Below, piece after piece: positions 42,490 to 55,180 of a stretch of 64,000 nucleotides of DNA. Where the stretch lies: NCBI GenBank assembly GCA_951406725.2, contig OX597825.1, positions 30,380,001-30,444,000 of the forward strand. The letters run 5' to 3'. Position 1 is the stretch's first letter; the number at the start of each line of letters is the position of its first letter. This stretch comes from Octopus vulgaris (lineage: Eukaryota). The notes under the pieces were generated by a model. It was not told the DNA's origin. It saw only the letters and a list, made by a program, of their open reading frames with translations, and made no database searches. The position numbers were made by a program, and so were the translations under genes.

Positions 42490-42708
42490 TATACTGTATC
42501 AGGGCATTGGTACTGCATCAGGGCATTGGTACTGCATCAGGGCATTTATACTGCATCAGGGCATTGGTACTGCATCAGGGCATTGGTACTGCATCAGGGC
42601 ATTGGTACTGCATCAGGGCATTGGTACTGCATCAGGGCATTGGTACTGCATCAGGGCATTGGTACTGCATCAGGGCATTTATACTGCATCAGGGCATTGG
42701 TACTGCAT
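42471..42708 (+). repeat. 19-bp tandem array, 12.5 units
   Basis: GGTACTGCATCAGGGCATT units; units 2, 5 and 12 begin TAT instead of GGT. Confidence 0.97.
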
Positions 42709-42949
42709 TATTATTATTATTATTATTATCACTGTCATTATCATCTTTCAGTTTTGTTTCCTTTTCTTGCACCTGTTGAGACAATGTCAATTTAATGGAG
42801 GGAATGAGCAAATTCACAGCGCATACATTTGATGACTACAAACGAATCATTTGTGCAGGCCATTTGACTAAGCTGAACACTCATACCTCATCTTCGATGG
42901 GAGAGTCCATCATTATTATTTTCATTACTGTTTGCTGTTTACTGTTTAT

Positions 42950-43338
42950 TGTTTTACTTGTTTCAGTCATTTGACTGCGGCCATGCTGGAGCACCACCTT
43001 TAGTCGAGCAAATCATCCCCAGGAATTATTCTTTGTAAGCCTAGTACTTATCCTATTGGTCTCTTTTGCTGAACTGCTAAGTTACGGGGACTTAAACACA
43101 CCAGCATCAGTTGTCAAGCGATGTTGAGGGGACAAACACAGACACACACACATGCATATATATACATATACATATATACGATGGGCTTCTTTCAGTTTCC
43201 ATCTACCAAATCCACTCACATGGCTTTGATTAGCCGGAGGCTATAGTAGAAGACACTTGCCCAAGGTGCCACACAGTGGGACTGAACCTGGAACCATGTG
43301 GCTGGCAAGCAAGCTACTTACCACACACCCACTCCTGC
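42950..43338 (-). mobile_element. SINE family B, full length
   Basis: Collinear with the other B copies. Confidence 0.9.
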
Positions 43339-43384
43339 ACAGTGTGGCAATGTGGAACCAAAATAATTTTTCCTCAAAGAACTT

Positions 43385-44564
43385 CACATCTCAAAGACTC
43401 TGCTTATGCTTTATACTTTTCCAAGCAATGTAACTTTCTGCAGCACCTTCATTGCTACTTTTGAGTTGGAACTCAGCTAACCAACATTGGAGATTTTTGG
43501 TTACCATTCCAAAAACATCAACTATGATTGGAGTTACATTAACTTTATAGAAGTTCCATGAGTTTTCAGTTTCTCCCCTCCCTGCCACTTTTTTTCTTTT
43601 TTCTGTCTTAAACTTTTGTATGCTATGCATTTGTCCCTTCTTTCTCAGTGTATACAGTGTATATTTACTTTCTTTCACTTTTTTTATTATCATTTCGTTA
43701 TATGTAAACCTCCACACTTAATGCTATCTTTGTATTGTCCCCCTCATTCTTCGCCCTGGTGGCAAATAAATGAAATCATTGTCATTATTATTAGTATTAG
43801 TATTATTATTTCTTTTCATCACAGGTTTTGTTGAAACTCCTGGAGACTTGCATGCATAGTGAGCTTGCTATATGCAGCCTCAGTTTTTGCAAATAACTTC
43901 AAGTCGTCCATGAATAGCAAGTGGTTTAGCAAGTGGAATAGCAAGTGGTTTCCTTTACTTCTACCCAGGTCATATCCCAACTATTTTTTCTGTAGTATTT
44001 CACTCAAGGGGATCATTCCCAGCACAAAGATCAGTGGGGACACACTGGCCTCCTGGATGTTTCCTCTCCTGATTTTCCCCTGTCCTAATACTCGATTCCC
44101 TACCATCAATTCCATTCTCCACCATTTCATACTGTTCCATATAAGGCTTCTCATGTTTTCTGCTACTCCATACATTTCCATTGTTCTTATTTTCCAGGAG
44201 TGTGGTATCATATTGTATGCTTTTCGATAGTTAAGCCATGCCATGCTCAGATTTGTGTATCTTCTCTTTCAGTTTCTGACGCCTCTTAATATTAACTTCT
44301 CCAAGGAATACATTACTTGAGATACAATTTGGTTTTCCATTCTTTCATGCTATACATCAGAAAACTTGTGGTGTTGTCAGCAACACCAAACATCTGCAGG
44401 CATTCAACGATACAAGAATGAGGAGGCATCATATCATATGCCTTCTTAAAGTCAATCCAAACCATAGACATGTTTGTATGATGTTTTTTACAATGCCTCA
44501 AAACTGTTTTATCAATGACCAGGTGATCCTTGGTATTCTTCCAACATCCTTTTTGTTCCCTTGG

Positions 44565-44565
<1 letters not shown>
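43385..44565 (-). mobile_element. R4/Dong-like LINE relics: two overlapping RT fragments plus a REL-end fragment
   Basis: PREQKGC..TKDHLVID..MVWIDFKKAYD (44315-44565); MAWLNYRKAYNMIPHSW..RRGNIQ..SPLIFVLGMIPLS..HLLFMDDLKLFA (43860-44270); TPIIVDVFG..QKVTLLG (43385-43620). Confidence 0.88.
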
Positions 44566-44625
<60 letters not shown>

Positions 44626-44626
<1 letters not shown>

Positions 44627-44806
44627 GCACGCCAGGTAAAATGTTTAGTGGCATTTTGTCTGCCTTTATGTTATGAGTTCTATTTCTGCCAAGGTCAACT
44701 TTGCCTTTCATCCTTTTGGGGGTCAATAAATTAAGTACTGGGGTCAGTGTAATCAACTAGTCCCCTCCCCCAAAATTCCAGGCCTTGTGCCTATAGTAGA
44801 GAGGAT
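44626..44806 (+). mobile_element. SINE family A (tail type 2)
   Basis: A core followed by cccctcccccaaaattccaggccttgtgcctata; preceded by (ATT)n. Confidence 0.85.
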
Positions 44807-44897
<91 letters not shown>

Positions 44898-44959
44898 ACT
44901 ACTACTATCATTTATTGGGGAAGCAAATTGTTGATTTAATCTCTTTTTGTTAATCATTG

Positions 44960-45548
44960 TGTTTGTTGGCTGTTTACACGTTTAACTTCACTGTCCCTCA
45001 TCTGTGTATCATCCTCTATGTTTTGTGTTCAACCCTGGTGGCCAATAAAGAAAGAATCTTTGTCTAGTGGCTGTAGCGAAAGAGGTGGTATGGCAGACCC
45101 GTTTGAAAGGGCTAAAGTCAGACACTTTCCTCTTTAGCCAAGGCCTCATCAACTTTTTCAAGATCCACTTGAAAAGAAAGATGAGAGTAGAGAGGGAAGT
45201 GCTGTCTTGTAGCAAATTTATTGAAAGGTGGATGAATGTCGGCAAAATGGCCAGTATGAACGGACCAATTCTGAGGTTGCACCTGTAAAAACAAAAAGGT
45301 AATATAAAAGGAGAAGGGGCTCTCTACGCCTTTTTGACCAGGCTCCTGTGGCTTTTATGGGTTTTTCCATGAGTAACCTTTCAATGCGCTTCCCCCTATT
45401 GGGAGTTTTATTTGTTATATTTTTTGCTGTTATTTTAATGTTTACACAGACCTTTCTTTTTTGCAAAACCCTTTGTACTTTTCGTCCCATGTTTGTCCTT
45501 ACATGGTTTTGATTTATGTTAGCCCTTGTGGCCAATAAAACCAGAATT
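44960..45548 (+). mobile_element. Tx1/L1-like LINE 3' end preceded by a second short 3' tail
   Basis: LVAVAKEVVWQTR...LINFFKIHLKRKMRVER..KFIERW resembles the Tx1 ORF2 C-terminus; T-rich UTR ends ttagcccttgtggccaataaa; upstream tail ends ccctggtggccaataaagaaagaat. Confidence 0.65.
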
Positions 45549-45549
45549 A

Positions 45550-45618
<69 letters not shown>

Positions 45619-45619
<1 letters not shown>

Positions 45620-45982
45620 TATGTTTGACATTATATTTGTACAAGTCAGCTCCAAGTCTCACTCAGAGACCTCAAGAGACAACAGGTTGAAAGTCCGTGT
45701 TGTTGTTATGCCTAGTGTGCCATATATTTAGTTTTGTATTTAGTGTTGTACTAGTGAATGTCTAAAAAAAAAAAACCATGCGAAAATTATGTTTGTTTTA
45801 AAACTTGAGAAAGTATTTTGCGGAGGATATGAGCAGTTCCCATGAGCACTATCTTTTGAATTTCTGCCATTTTGGGGTTTCCTGGTATCTGAGTTAGGTA
45901 GCAATCAGCCCCTTTTGCTATCATTCCCAGGGCGCCTATGACAACAGGTATTGTTTTAGTCTTCAGCTTCCACATTTTGCTG
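45619..45982 (-). mobile_element. 5'-truncated R4/Dong-like 3' end inserted in (TAA)n
   Basis: KMWKLKTKTIPVVIGALGMI...IQKIVLMGTAHILRKILS plus 3' UTR; (ATT)n on both flanks. Confidence 0.9.
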
Positions 45983-46016
<34 letters not shown>

Positions 46017-46121
46017 GTAGTAGTAGTAGTAGTAGTATCAGCAGTAGTAGCAGTATATTCCTATATTGCTATTTTGCTTAATAAATGCTTTTAAGTTCTA
46101 ATTTGAAAATAAATACACATA

Positions 46122-46164
<43 letters not shown>

Positions 46165-46836
46165 ACTCACACAATTATCACATACAATAACCGCTATGAC
46201 TTTGAATAGTCAAGAATGAAAAACAGGTCACATATTTTTATAATGTCCTCTGCAACTAAAGAAGGTTGGTTTTGTTTTTAGTTGTCTTTATTCAATATAT
46301 TTATTTCATACATAATTCAGTGTAAAATTATTGGAAAGCTATAAAAATAATGTTCATATAAAACATGATTTATATTAAATAAATAAAATTTATTATAAAT
46401 AATATTTGGCACTTTATACTTATCATTTGCAAATGTTTCACACGTATACCATTGTTACAAATGAAGGAGAAATAATGTGGTTGCTTGATATGCTATAAGT
46501 AGTAACTAACTTCCATTCAAATCATATCATTCCATCATTCCATCATTCCATCTTGGAAAATGTAGCAGCTTGTTGGATAATATAGTCACATATATAAAAC
46601 TGTATGTATGAGCGTGTGTATACATACACACACACACATATGTATAGACATCTCAAAATAGACGACATTATTTTATATATGTACATTATATACCATAGGC
46701 TTCTTTCAGTTTTCATCTGCCATATTTATGCAAAAGTCTTTGGTCAGCATGGTGTTTATGAAGTGATGAAGATAATATTCCATAGCTGTCATTCACAAGA
46801 ATGTATGACTTAATGGCATGTATCATGCATTCGTGT

Positions 46837-47133
46837 GGAGGTACATGGCCTAGTGGTTAACGCAGTGGACTCATGGTCGAGGGATCACAGGTTCAAATCT
46901 CAGACAGGGCAATGTGTGTGTTTATGAGCGAAACACCTAAGCTCCATGCGGCTCCAGCAGAAGGTAATGGCGAACTTCTGTTGACTCTTTCACCACAACT
47001 TTCTCTCACTCTTTTCCCTTGCATCTTGCAGCTCACCAGCAACGGAACGGTGTCCTGTCCAGGTGGGGAACCTATACACTGAGGAAACCAGGAAACCGGC
47101 CCTTATGAGCCAGGCATGGCTCAAGAAGGAGCA
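46837..47133 (+). mobile_element. SINE family C with 14-bp TSD
   Basis: atcatgcattcgtg (46822-46835) and atcatgcattcatg (47134-47147). Confidence 0.9.
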
Positions 47134-47406
47134 ATCATGCATTCATGAATTTTCTAGGTGGTTATATAGTCACGAGCAGATATAGAGGCTCTTTGGCCCT
47201 TCCCATCCTTGACCTACTGGAACACTGATGATGTAACAGCTGGAGAAAAGAAGCATTGTACCAGTGGTCAGCTTGTATATATTTACACAAAGTGGACTGG
47301 TACAACATGAAGTGTTTTACTGAAGGACACAAAGCACTGCCTGCTCTAGGAATTGAACATACAATCTTAGGATTATGAGCCCAGCCTCCTAAACACAAGG
47401 CCATAA

Positions 47407-47741
47407 CGAGACCCCCTTGGGTCATGAATGACCATGGGATTGCACCTAGAAAGTTACCCTCCGAAGTACAAGTCCGGGCAAGATTGTTTATAGAAGACCA
47501 GCGGTCGCCCATGCATACCGGCCTCCGCTCTCCACGCCACTGATGTTATCCAAGGGAAAGGCAAAGTCTGATACAGCTTGGCACCAGTGACGTCGTAACT
47601 CATTTCTACAGCTGAGTGAACTGGTGCAATGTAAAATAAAGTGTCTTGCTCAAGAACACAACATGCAGCCCAGTCCGGGAATCGAACTCACAACCTCACA
47701 ATCATAAACTCGACGCTCTAACCTCTGAGCCATGCGCCTTC
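47407..47741 (-). mobile_element. SINE family D with perfect 14-bp TSD, nested in the head of an older related SINE (47170-47406)
   Basis: acacaaggccataa at 47393-47406 and 47742-47755. Confidence 0.92.
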
Positions 47742-47799
47742 ACACAAGGCCATAATCAGTCAATTAAGCTGGTCCAGTGTTTTCTCCTGCACTTTTACA

Positions 47800-48335
47800 C
47801 AGGGTAATTCAAATTTAGTGGGACAAAAAGAAAACATACATGAGAGTATTGCAAAGATACAGATGTAACATGAAAATTAGCTCTTCAAGTTTTTACTGGT
47901 AGTTACAGATGTGCAAGGTAGGCACCCTTTACTACATAGCAGATGTCCATACAATAATCTAGTACTTTCCACACCCGTGCCAGCATAGCCTGATCAAGTA
48001 GGTTGCTTTAACTCCTGTGTATGGAAATGGGGGGTATGATTACCTTGTCTTTCAGATATCCCCAAAGGAATAAGTCACAAGGTGTTAGGCCGCAGGAGCT
48101 GGGGATGAAGTGAGGGCGGACCATCAATGACAAATCATTCACCCCAGCATTGCCAATCCAGCGTTCTGGAAGATGCTGTTTGAGGTAATCATGTACATGT
48201 CTATACCAATGTGGTAGGGCCCTGTCATGATGCATAATGAAGTTAAGTACCTCTTCTTCCAACTGAAACTACAGCCAAATGGATAGCATGTTAAGGTAGG
48301 TACACCCTGTAATGGTTGACTTTGTGAAAAGAAAG
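47800..48335 (-). mobile_element. Tc1/mariner rosa-like (long-spacing DDxD) transposase 3' relic with one terminus
   Basis: YLNML..L..FIMHHDRALPHW..V.DYL..LPERWIG..LTPCDLFLWGYLKDKV; terminus cagggtaattc at about 47800. Confidence 0.8.
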
Positions 48336-48984
48336 CCCTCCCCCCCGAATATTTAAGTGTGTTATGGAGCAGAAACCGATTACCTTTGGAGAATCACGTT
48401 CATATTCCAGTATGGCCCACAAATTTTCTATCCCCCAAAATCTCAAATCCTGCTAGTGAGCAATTTGGAAAAGGCTAAATTTATCAGTGTTGTCAAACAA
48501 AACTTGGAGGGTAAACATATGGTTTTTTTTTTTTGGTACCATTCATTTTCAATTGCCCTACGTTTTTTTTATTTTTAGTAGGGCTTCATTGTCTGATGAA
48601 GACAGATATTCTCCATTACATTTTTCAGGAATTTTGAAACTGGGGTTAGGGGTTCAAAGAAAGGAAATCATGAATCTGAAGTACTGCTCTGGATGTTTAA
48701 AAAAGCCAAAGTAAGCTCTGATTAAGGGACCCAAAGGCCAGATGATATGGTAGTGTTTAAACAAGCACCAGATGAAGTCCATATCCTAAACACAAGTAAA
48801 GGCTCCTCTGAGAGGCTGCTTTTGTCTTCCAAATTTCATTCCCAAGGGTTTGATTAAATTGAGTCTATGACAGAAAATATTTGCCAAAAGTGTCATGAGG
48901 GGAGATTGAAACCAAGCCTTGTACTTGTGAAGTGAACTTTTCAACAACACAGCCATGCCTACACCTGGAAATGATAATTACCAA

Positions 48985-51020
48985 TTTATGCACAAGGTCA
49001 GAAATTGAGGGAAGAAGGACAGTCAGTTATAGCAACCAGACCCAGTACATCACTGGTACATATTTATTAATCCTGGGAAGATAAAAGGCAAAGTTGATCT
49101 CAACATGATTCGAACAGAATATTAAGAGCTGGAGTAAATACGGTATAATATTTTCCCCAACTCTAGTGTGAGTGTATGGCCGAGTAGTCAGGTGTTTGCA
49201 CGTCCAATTGAAAGACTATGATTTCAATTCCTGAACTGGGTGGTGCATTGTGTTCTTGAGCAAAACATTCCATTCCACCTTTCTCCATTTGACTCAACTT
49301 CAAACGAGTTTCTGCAATAGCTAGGAAGTTAACCCTGCAATGGACTAGCATACCATCCAGGAGGTGTTGAAGCACTGTGGTTTCAGTCATTTATAAGCCA
49401 TGGAAACAAGGCCTTGTGAGTCCTGGGGCACCGGATAGACTTATGTATTAATCTAAGACATAGATTCTGCCAATCCACTACTCTATGATTTCTAATTTAA
49501 ATACAAGGCCAGTAATTCTGGGGGAAGAAGCCTTGTCAATTTCCTTAACCTCAATATTTGACTGGTACTTCATTTATTTTGGTCAAGAGGAAGGAAAAGC
49601 AAAGTGGGATTTGAACAGAATCTATTATTTTAATATAAAAGCAGCAAGCTGGCAGAAATGTTAGTATGCCAGGTGAAATGCTTAGCGGTATTTCGTCTGC
49701 TGTTACGTCTGAGTTCAAATTCCACCGAGGTTGACTTTGCTTTTCATCCTTTCGGGGGTCGATCAATTAAGTACCAGTTATGCACTGGGGTCGATGTAAT
49801 CGACTTGGTCCCTTTGTCTGTCCTTGTTTGTCCCCTCTACATTTAACCCCTTGTGGGCAATAAAGAAATAAGGGATTTGAACTCAGAATGTAACAAGCTA
49901 GAACAAATATCATAAGGTATTTTGTCCGATGCTCTAACCATGTTGCCAACCCACTGCTATTATAATAATCACTAACATAGGCACAAGACTTAAAATTCAG
50001 TGGGCAGGGCTTCGTAGATACCATAAACCACAATATTATTACTTTATTTTATCAATTCCTGAAGGATGGAAGGCAAAGGCAAAGCTACATCAGTTGGATT
50101 TCAACTCAGAATACTCTTTTACTCTTTTACTTTTTTCAGTCATTTGACTGTGGCCATGCTGGAGCACCACCTTTAGTTGAGCGAATCGACCCTAGGACTT
50201 ATTCTTTGTAAGCCTAGTACATATTCTATCAGTCTCTTTTGCCGAGACACTAAGTTACAGGGACATAAACACACCGGCATTGGTTGTCAAGCGATTTTGG
50301 AGGGGGGAAAACACAGACACACAAAAATATACACACACATACATATATATATATATACATATATGCAACGGGCTTTTTTCAATTTCTGTCTACCAAATCC
50401 ACTCACAAGGCTTTGGTCGGCCCGAGGCTATAGTAGAAGACACTTGCCCAAGGACTGAACCTAGAACCATGTGGTTGGTGAGCAAGATACTTACCACACA
50501 GCCACTTCTGTAAAGAATTTTTTCATTGATCTACCAATTCTGCCACTCCACAACATTTATGTGTTGAGAAATAATTCTTTTTAAATTTGGTATGAGGCCA
50601 GCAATTTTGAGGGGTGGGAGAAAGTTTATTGCATTGACCCCTGTAATTGACTGGTACTTTATTTCATCAACTTCTGAAGGGGTGAAAGGCAAAGCCAAAT
50701 GCAGCAGGATTTGAACTCAGAATGTGAAAAGCTGAAAGAAATACTGTTAAGCATTTTATCAGATGTGGTTATAATTCTGCCAGCTTTATGTGTCCAGAAA
50801 TAATGGCTTCAAATTTTGGCACAAGGCCAGCAAGTTCAAGAGAGGAAGTAAATCGATTACATCTACCCCAGTATTTGACTGGTATTTATTTCATGAACCC
50901 CGAACGGATGAAAGTTAAAATTAACTTCAGCAGAATTTGAACTCAGAATGTAAAGATGGACAAAATTCCACACAGCATTTTGCCTGGTGTGCTCATAATT
51001 TTACCAGCTAACTGCCTTTA
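48985..51020. mobile_element. Dense SINE cluster: A(+) 49641-49871 inside older A(-) copies; decayed C/D-like 49165-49440; B(-) 50113-50510; A(-) 50580-50780 and 50805-51018
   Basis: Repeated family-diagnostic motifs on both strands. Confidence 0.8.
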
Positions 51021-51021
51021 T

Positions 51022-51339
51022 TTATTTATTTTTTTGTCGCCCTTTTCCATCCTAGCCAGGCTCATGGGCCCAGTTTCCCGGTTTCTGTGGTGTATGTGTT
51101 CCCCCCAGCTGGACGAGACACCAGTCCATCACAGTGTTACTCAAGAAACAGGAAGAGAGAGTGAGAGAAAGTTGTGGCGAAAGAGTACAACATGGGTCAC
51201 CACCACCACCTGCTGGAGCCTCGTCGAGCTTTTAGGTGTTTTCACTCAACAAACCCACAATGCCCGGTCTGGGAATCGAAACCGTGATCTTCCGACCATG
51301 AGTCTGCTGCCCTAACCACTGGGCCATTGTGCCTCCACC
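51022..51339 (-). mobile_element. SINE family C with 11-bp TSD
   Basis: actgcctttat at 51011-51021 and 51340-51350. Confidence 0.9.
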
Positions 51340-52355
51340 ACTGCCTTTATGCATGCAGAAAAAAATAAAAACAACATTAGTAATTGACAATAATTGTTTA
51401 TCTTCACTGTATAATTATTTCTAATTGGCTTTTTAGTGCTCCATGCATTAAATAACTTTTACATCCCAATCCTAATAGCATTTGAGATGTTGTTATTTTC
51501 AACTAATAACAATTGCTTATTTTTTCCAAAATTTTAACTAAATAAAACAATATAAATCAGTCATATAGTTATATCTGATAAATATATTATTTCTTCCATT
51601 AAAATTCATTTTAAATTGTTACCTGAAAAACTGAATTTTACATTTATAACTCTTTATTTATCTTTTTATGTTCTAACCAAATTTTAAAAACACATAAAGA
51701 AATTTTTTTCCTAAAATTTTAGATTAGAAATGAAAAAACTATAATATATCTAAAATATGACATGTTTGCAGGTTACAAGATTTGATATTTTTCAATTATA
51801 TATATCAAAATCTGTGAAGATTTTGATGTAAATATTTTTTACTGTTGTAATAACTACAATTTTAATAAAATTCACTTTCAAAAACAAATGCTTTTAGTTC
51901 AAACCAAACCAAAACGTATTAATTTTATGTTGGAAAATATATATTCTTACTCTAGGAAAATCTTCAATGTGTGAAACAGCTGAATGGTATAAAACTACCA
52001 TACATTGCAGGTATATCATAATTTTAGATTGCTCAAGTTTACTAATCACCTGAGTGTTGGAATCAAATCATCTGGAACCGTTGCCAAAAACTGGTGGGTA
52101 TTCTATCGAAGGCAGGTATGATTGTGGTTAAAAAGCTTGCTTCCAAAACATTTGTTTGTAGGTTCATTGTGTGGTACCTTGGAATGTCTTCTACTATAAG
52201 ACTGAGCCAACCAAAGTCTTGTGAATGGATTTGGCATATGGGAACTGAAAGAGGTCAGCCATATACATACATACATACATGCATACATACATACGTACAT
52301 ACGTACATACATACATACATACATACATACATACATACATACATACATACATACA

Positions 52356-52387
<32 letters not shown>

Positions 52388-52648
52388 CATATACATATAC
52401 ATATATACAGGTGTGACGAAAAGTCAACTGACAGCAAATCAAAATTCCATAAATACTATCTGTGATTCTGTATTGACTCGAATGGAAAAATGTGTCACCC
52501 ATGAAGGACTTCAATTTGAACTACTTTCATGATGTTTCATATTTAGGTGCTTTTATTAACTTCATTCACTTGTTAAACATAATTAAATCTTGGAATTAAA
52601 TGGTTTTGATTTACTGTCACATGATATTTATACAACCTTGTATGTATG

Positions 52649-52694
<46 letters not shown>

Positions 52695-53063
52695 TGTGGC
52701 ACCCCGTCAGTTACAACGACAAGTGTTCCAGTTCATCCGATCACTGGACACAGCCTGCTTGTGAAATAAACATTAAAGTGGCTGAGCACTCCACAGACAC
52801 ATGTACCCTTAACGTAGTCCTCGGAAAGATTCAGCAAGACACTGAGTGCAACAAAGCTGGCCATTTGAAATACAGGTATAACAGAAACAGGAAGAAAGAG
52901 TGAGAGATGGCTGTAGTGAAATAGTGCAGCAGGGTTCGCCATCACCCCCTGCTTTTTAGGTGTTTTTGCTCAATAAATACTCACAACACCTGATCTGGGA
53001 ATTGAAACTATGATCCTACAACCGCGAATCCACTGCTCTAACCACTGGGCCATTGTGCCTTCT
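52695..53063 (-). mobile_element. SINE with family C head joined to a different 3' module
   Basis: C head at 52895-53063, then a GC-richer module not present in the other C copies. Confidence 0.6.
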
Positions 53064-53122
53064 CATATATATATATATTCTTTCACTTGTTTCAGTCATT
53101 TGACTGTGGCCATGCTGGAGTA

Positions 53123-53483
53123 CTGCAAACTGGATGTCAGCAAATGTTTCACCAAGTATCGCAATGTCATCTGCGTAGTCTAGATCCTTGATGGAAAAGT
53201 TGTGACCAACAGTGATACCAGGAACTCCCTTAATGCATTTGTGGTGATCCTGTTAGTGGCGTAATTGAAAAGAGTTGGCAAAAGAACACATCCTTGCCAA
53301 ATGCCAGACCGTATTTCGAAAGGTTCCGACGCTTCACCATACACGCGTATGCGGGATCTTGTTGAGCAGTAATAAGCTTTGATAAGATTGAGAAGTTTAG
53401 GTGGGATACCATCTGCCTGCCTAACCTTCCAGAGGGTGTCATGATCCAGGAAGTCGAATGCAACATCAAAATCAACAAAGCAT
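53123..53483 (-). mobile_element. RTE-like RT core fragment replacing the middle of a SINE B (tail 53078-53127, head 53484-53652)
   Basis: CFVDFDVAFD..LWK..GIPPKL..IRSGIWQGCVLLPTLFN..DLDYADDIAIL. Confidence 0.9.
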
Positions 53484-54350
53484 ATATACGACGGGCTTCT
53501 TTCAGTTTCCATCTACCAAATCCACTCACAAGGCTTTGGTTGGCCCGAGGCTATAGTAGAAGACACTTGCCCAAGTTGCTCCACAGTGGGAATGAACCTG
53601 GAACCATGTGGTTGGTAAGCAAGCTACTCACCACACAGCCACTCCTGTGCCTATGTGTGTTTATATTCTGGAATCCTCTGAAAATTAACAGAGTTATAGT
53701 TGAGTTGTTGATATGCTGGATTTTTACCTTTCAATAAATTTTCTGTTAGCTCTGAGTTATCAGCAATGCATATTTGTAAAAGAGAGATAAGGATTAGTGA
53801 CAAGAAGGGCCTGAAGCTGTAAAAGCAATGCCTCGATAATATATATTCCTTTAACCCATGCTAGCAGAAAAACAAAACAACAAATATATAAAAAAACAAA
53901 CATACATCCATTTATCCTGATTAAACAAAATTCTAAGCTATGGCTCTGAAATTTACTTCACAGATAAAAGACATTAACATTTACATTTTATAGAAATGTT
54001 ATGGTTCACATAAGTTTAACAGCAGAACATATTTGGCAATCATACTCTCACTCTTTCAACTTTTCACAAAATCAGATTCAGTGAAAAATCAAATATGCTT
54101 TATCATTGGATGTGTAGTAATGTATCAATATAAATTATGCATGAACAAATCAGTGCAACAGATGAGGATGTGTGCTTTAGAAGTTCACTTTGTAGTCATG
54201 TGGTTTCAGGTTCAGTCCATCTGTGTGGCACCTTTGAAAACTGTCTTCTTTCAGAAGCTTTGGGCTAATGAAAGCCTTGAGTGGAGACAGTTGAGGGAAA
54301 CTGAAAGAAACCTGCTCTAAATATATCTATCTATATATATATGTGTGTGT

Positions 54351-54650
54351 GGAGGCACATGGCCTAGTGGTTAGAGCAACAAACTCGTGGTCGAGGGATC
54401 GCAGGTTTGAGTCTTAGACCGGGTGATGTGTGTGTTTATGAGCAAAACACCTAAGCTCCACGTGGCTCTGGCAGAAGGTAATGGCGAACTTCTGCTGACT
54501 CTTTTGCCACAACTTTCTCTCACTCCTTCCTCCTGCATCTTGCATCTCACCTGTGACGGACCGGCATCCCATCCAGGTGGGGAACCTATATGCCAAGGAA
54601 ACTGGGAAACTGGCCCTAATGAGCCAGGCAGGGCTCGAGAAGGAGCAAAC
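54351..54650 (+). mobile_element. SINE family C
   Basis: Collinear with 46837-47133. Confidence 0.9.
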
Positions 54651-54656
54651 AATATA

Positions 54657-54719
<63 letters not shown>

Positions 54720-54993
54720 GTATATATATAAATATGTGTGCATACATGCATACATACATACACACATATACACATATACAGGTAATGAAAAATGAAGGAG
54801 GTGAACTCTTCTCAAGAAACAACATCATAGGGCTCAATTTATTGAGTGATTAGACTAAAGTATTAATTAGAAATAAATAAATTTCAAGGTAGATAATACT
54901 CCTCATCAAAGCCAACATACATTTAAACACAGAGTGTATATATAAGCCATTGAATATAGAACATATATAAACATATATAAACATATATAGACA

Positions 54994-55180
54994 TTGTTTG
55001 TTTCTTCTCAAGCCAGGCCTGGCTCATAAGGGCTGGTTTCCCAGTTTCCTTGGCATATAGGATTCCCCACCTGGATGGGATGCCGGTCCATCGCAGATGA
55101 ACTGCAAGATGCAGGAGGAAAGAGTGAGTGAAAGTTGTGGCGAAAGAGTCAGCAGAAGTTTGCCATTACCTTCAGCCGGA
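54994..55180 (-). mobile_element. SINE family C 3' part, inverted relative to 54351-54650
   Basis: Reverse complement of about 54467-54652. Confidence 0.85.

Noticed and set aside
42455-42832. Repeat-protein ORFs or CRISPR-like array
   Set aside because: The 19-bp units are directly adjacent with no spacers and no cas genes; the ORFs are a by-product of the array
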